DNA of 47,920 nt. Origin: a virus. The position numbers and the translations under genes are program-made. Below are positions 44,996 through 47,920 of the stretch, piece after piece. Position 1 is the first letter of the stretch. Every line of letters starts with the position of its first letter. The notes below the pieces were generated by a model. It ran no database searches, had not been told where the DNA came from, and was given only the letters and a program-made list of their open reading frames with translations. The stretch lies in the UHGV virus genome UHGV-0243102; one strand, given 5' to 3'.

Positions 44996-46202
44996 ACTCC
45001 AGCACATCGGGCTCGATGATGCTCATCAGTCGAGCCCACCATCTGCTATAGGCATCACGCATTTCTTCGATATAAGTATGCTTGTCATAGACTGACCAGA
45101 CGCCGGGCAATTTATGCCCCAGCATGATTTCTGCAATATGCGGCTGCGTCAGCTCTGAAAAGTTAGTTCTCGCCGTTCTGCGCAGATCGTGAACGGTAAA
45201 GTGAGGGACCTGCTCACTATATGACTTCAGCATAAACTTAACCAGGTTGCTGCTGATGCTTAAGTGGAAACCTTCACTCATCGGCTTATCCTCGTACCTT
45301 GAGAAGACATACCGACCGGGTGCCAGTTCAATGGCCCTTTTTAGCAATGGTAACATTTCTGGGATGATCGGCCTTATAAGCGGCTTTTTGGTCTTGCGGC
45401 CAGTCTTGTGGTTTTCCCATGGCACTGTCCAGACACCTTCCTCAAAGTCAAAATGCTGAACTTCTGCTAAACGGATCTCCCCAACCCGGCAAGCCCAAAC
45501 CAGGCATAGCTTGTACATTATCTTGTTTCTTTCCATGAGGCGCGAATCTTCAATGGCACGCCAGACAATGGCCAGTTCTTTGCGATTAAGCGTCCGCTCC
45601 CCCATCTTTTTCTGAATGCCAAAGTCGCGCCCGGAAAGCTCTGACAGTGGGTTATTTTCCAGTAACTGGCGCTTAACTGCCCAGGAGTAGCACTGCCGGC
45701 CGTTACTGATCACCCGCTTCGTTATTTCTGTGTAACCTTCGGCGAGTCGGTCCAGAACGGTTAGCCAATTATGTAACGTGAGTTGGTTAGCCGGGTACTT
45801 CCCGAGCTTTGGGAATACATGAAGTTCGAACGTTCTGAGGATCTGGTCAGCTGTTTCCTTTTGAATACAGACCATCTCATGCCATTCACGAAATAATTCT
45901 TCAAACGTGTGCTGACTGTTTATTTTTGCTTTGTCCAGACTCTGGCGGATTCGGGGATTCTCACCCCGGGCAAGGATAGCCGACCATTTAACGACCTCTT
46001 CACGAGCGGCCTTTAGCCCAAACTCAGGGTAACTACCGATTGTCATCTTGTCCTGCTTACCAAGAAAACGGTAACGGTAGAAAAAGGTTACCGCCCCCTT
46101 CCGGGATATGCGAACCCATAGGCCATCGCGGTCTGATTTCTCTTCGACCCTCTCTCTTTCACGCCCGAGGCAAGACTTTAGATAACTATCTGAAATAGCC
46201 AT
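44973..46202 (-). CDS. int: Tyrosine integrase (P4-type).
   Basis: The C-terminal catalytic region HDLRRT...GH...Y and the N-terminal SAM-like arm-binding domain. The likely start MAISDSYL is at 46202, because the ORF-track start at 46277 would translate through the upstream repeats. Confidence 0.8.
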   Translation of the reverse strand: MAISDSYLKSCLGRERERVEEKSDRDGLWVRISRKGAVTFFYRYRFLGKQDKMTIGSYPEFGLKAAREEVVKWSAILARGENPRIRQSLDKAKINSQHTFEELFREWHEMVCIQKETADQILRTFELHVFPKLGKYPANQLTLHNWLTVLDRLAEGYTEITKRVISNGRQCYSWAVKRQLLENNPLSELSGRDFGIQKKMGERTLNRKELAIVWRAIEDSRLMERNKIMYKLCLVWACRVGEIRLAEVQHFDFEEGVWTVPWENHKTGRKTKKPLIRPIIPEMLPLLKRAIELAPGRYVFSRYEDKPMSEGFHLSISSNLVKFMLKSYSEQVPHFTVHDLRRTARTNFSELTQPHIAEIMLGHKLPGVWSVYDKHTYIEEMRDAYSRWWARLMSIIEPDVLEFTPRHAG

Positions 46203-46216
46203 ACAAAATAATCCAC

Positions 46217-46511
46217 CGTGTCCATCAGAAATATTGTGATCGTGTCCATCATAGTTCATGGACGCGGCTATGGACACAAAAAGAGTGGCTTACGTTGTCT
46301 TGGGTTGTCTGTATATGTAAACAGTAGTTTTTCGAAGAGGGTTGATTCTGGCGGGTCTTGAGCAGGAAATTGTCTAAGGTTGGCTTAGGGTGTCTTGGTA
46401 TCAATTATCGATGTGAGCGATGATTGAAAAGTTTCTTATATTCTTCATATATAAGGATTTTTTAACCTTATTTCGTAACGTTTTCTATTTAATGGACACA
46501 TCGGTGGACAC
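46217..46511. repeat. Six copies of (A)TGGACAC, two on the minus strand and four on the plus strand, flanking an AT-rich ~200-bp tract. Candidate integrase arm-type / att-flanking sites.
   Basis: Copies at 46217-27, 46241-52, 46258-64, 46270-77, 46492-99 and 46505-11. Internal direct repeats of TGTCTTGG lie at ~46296 and ~46350. Confidence 0.4.
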
Positions 46512-46652
46512 TATCGCAAACCTACCTGTCCGTATGCTGGCCTGCATATTACACTGTAGCGCCTTAATCGTCAGCAAGGGATACGTTACAGGAACGAACC
46601 AGGATTATCGCAAGGCTCTTCTAATGTTTTATCGAGAAACTAAATCCTTTCG

Positions 46653-46970
46653 TTAAACAGGAGCATCATCGTGCCGCATATCGTTGATCACGTGCGTTGC
46701 GACTCCGAGCACTTCAACCTCATCCATGGCATCACCTTCAATCGATTCTCCCTCAACAGTGATAAATGAACGGCCCATAAGTTTTGCAAACTGAAGTTCT
46801 CCAGCAGAGCGGATAAGCAGAATACTCCCCTGCTTCACTTTCATGGACAAATCAAGAACAACATACCCACGGTCAGTTGCAATAACTCGTGAGTTTGCTG
46901 TGATGTTGCACAGAGAATTCACTGTCAAAGCAGTTTCAATGTAATCCGCAGCCGGTGACGGGAATCCCAC
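46653..46970 (-). CDS. UmuD'/HumD-like protein (S24 peptidase fold) that natively starts at the UmuD' cleavage position.
   Basis: GTG-GFPSPAADYIE... begins exactly where E. coli UmuD is cleaved (Cys24-Gly25, GFPSPAADYVE). DLSM (Ser) and FAKL (Lys) are in the expected places. A GGAGGG Shine-Dalgarno lies 8 nt upstream. Confidence 0.55.
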   Translation of the reverse strand: MGFPSPAADYIETALTVNSLCNITANSRVIATDRGYVVLDLSMKVKQGSILLIRSAGELQFAKLMGRSFITVEGESIEGDAMDEVEVLGVATHVINDMRHDDAPV

Positions 46971-46972
46971 GA

Positions 46973-47212
46973 TTACAGCCCTCCGTTCTGGTTATAAAGC
47001 TGGAATGTTCGCTCGTCCCCCTCTTTCGTTGAGACATCCCGGAACGTCGTCACATAATGCTCTATCCACTGGTTTGCCTGACGCGGTGACCATATCCAGT
47101 TAACTTTTGCGAGTTCACGGAGAAACCTGGAAGTTGTCACCGTGCGGCGGCCATTTGGCTCAATGACAATTGCCTGACGCCAGGCCATTTCGATATCTGA
47201 GTTTCGCGGCAT
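46973..47212 (-). CDS. Hypothetical 79-aa protein, first gene of the LexA-box operon.
   Basis: A GAGGTG Shine-Dalgarno. The LexA box lies 19 bp upstream. It is followed 2 nt later by the UmuD'-like gene. Confidence 0.4.
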   Translation of the reverse strand: MPRNSDIEMAWRQAIVIEPNGRRTVTTSRFLRELAKVNWIWSPRQANQWIEHYVTTFRDVSTKEGDERTFQLYNQNGGL

Positions 47213-47230
47213 AATTTCACCTCACATAAA

Positions 47231-47250
47231 TACTGTTTTTATATACAGTA
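47231..47250. promoter_or_regulatory. LexA (SOS) box TACTGTTTTTATATACAGTA.
   Basis: CTGT-N8-ACAG with TA flanks, immediately upstream of the 47212 start codon. Confidence 0.75.
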
Positions 47251-47318
47251 GTAATGTTCGTTAATCTGATCAATAGAGATTGCAGCTATCAATCAGGCAC
47301 ACCGACGCAAGATAATGA

Positions 47319-47870
47319 TTATTCAGCAGCTGGCAGGTACTTATAGATCGTCTTCACGTCTACCCCGATCACTCCCGCCACCTGCTGACGGGTAGCACCT
47401 GCATCCAACATCCGGCGGCAGCGTTCCACTACTTCTTCGGTCATTACCCGGCGGCGTCCGCCGATGCGGCCCTGCTCTCTCGCCGCGGCTAATCCTGCCC
47501 GGGTACGTTCCACTATCAACTCGCGCTCCATTTCAGCTAATGCGCTCATGACATGAAAGAAGAATCGGCCGGCAGGTGTCGAAGTATCGATCGAGTCGGT
47601 CAAGCTGCGAAAATGGATTCCCCTCTCCTGCAGTTCAGATACCAACGTTATGAGGTCACGGACACTGCGACCGAGGCGATCCAGCTTCCAGACCACCAGC
47701 GAATCACCAGGTCGAAGACGGCGTATCGCTTTCCGTAATCCTGGCCTTTTAGCATTCTTACCGCTGGCGGTGTCTTCGAAAATCAGTTCACATTCTGCGC
47801 GAACCAGCGCGTTTTTCTGTAAATCGAGGTTTTGATCGCCGGTAGATACCCGCGCGTAGCCAATCAGCAT
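47319..47870 (-). CDS. Serine recombinase: a Hin/Gin/Cin/Pin-family DNA invertase (183 aa).
   Basis: MLIGYARVSTGDQNLDLQ...VVWKLDRLGRS...SLTDSIDTS...GRFFFHVMSALAEMERELI is a near-canonical invertase. It has a C-terminal HTH. Confidence 0.85.
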   Translation of the reverse strand: MLIGYARVSTGDQNLDLQKNALVRAECELIFEDTASGKNAKRPGLRKAIRRLRPGDSLVVWKLDRLGRSVRDLITLVSELQERGIHFRSLTDSIDTSTPAGRFFFHVMSALAEMERELIVERTRAGLAAAREQGRIGGRRRVMTEEVVERCRRMLDAGATRQQVAGVIGVDVKTIYKYLPAAE

Positions 47871-47920
47871 TATGCAACCCTTTGAAATAGCTGATTGTAA
47901 ATTGCCGGGATTGTTCGTGT

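Noticed and set aside
46280-46650. A tRNA or tmRNA 3' end as the integration target next to the P4-type integrase.
   Set aside because: No T-arm/acceptor-like sequence (GGTTCGAATCC-type) or cloverleaf-compatible segment is visible. The target remains undefined.
46420-46656. 78-aa + strand ORF in the AT-rich tract beyond the integrase.
   Set aside because: It has low-complexity, Phe/Leu/Ile-rich AT-driven codons and no ribosome-binding site. The region looks like att or regulatory DNA with repeats, not coding sequence.
46653-46970. An initial impression that the UmuD'-like protein lacks the catalytic serine.
   Set aside because: On re-alignment, DLSM and FAKL line up with the UmuD GDSM (Ser60) and VKKL (Lys97) positions, so the dyad may be intact. 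The claim was dropped.

Overview
The window is about 48 kb of a temperate, highly mosaic prophage in an enterobacterial-type genome (roughly 50-52% GC by eye; no tRNA, rRNA or CRISPR seen). It has four parts.

(1) An incomplete + strand tailspike gene runs off the left edge (2..2026). It converges on a long minus-strand late operon (24400 down to 2333) encoding a T7/epsilon15-like podoviral virion module. The order is TerS, TerL, portal, scaffold, capsid, tubular-A/B-like proteins, five internal core/ejection proteins (one with a lytic-transglycosylase domain), an AT-rich moron island, and a second tailspike. Each tailspike is followed by a paralogous ~90-aa 'MAF...' protein.

(2) Upstream on the minus strand are a DUF2829 (Tad2-like) gene and a P2-type lysis cassette (holin, GH108 endolysin, LysA-like, Rz/Rz1). 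Further upstream are a Q-like Zn-finger regulator and a nin-like region: YbcO-like, DinI-like plus a small gene behind a LexA box, a 642-aa C5-cytosine methyltransferase, an HNH nuclease, and a ParB-like nuclease. Next come lambda P- and O-like replication genes with ori iterons inside O, then cII-like and cro.

(3) A divergent immunity region has a cI-like repressor with no S24 peptidase domain and 18-bp palindromic operators at OR and OL. The rightward + operon encodes a 33-aa TM peptide, small proteins, a RecE-like exonuclease, a RecT-like annealing protein, three unknowns and Xis. It converges on a P4-type tyrosine integrase with TGGACAC arm-like repeats.

(4) Beyond int lies a second LexA-box operon (79-aa protein plus a natively 'pre-cleaved' UmuD'/HumD-like protein) and a Hin/Cin-family serine invertase. 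These probably belong to an adjacent element.

All functional calls rest on motifs I recognise by eye. No database searches were run.
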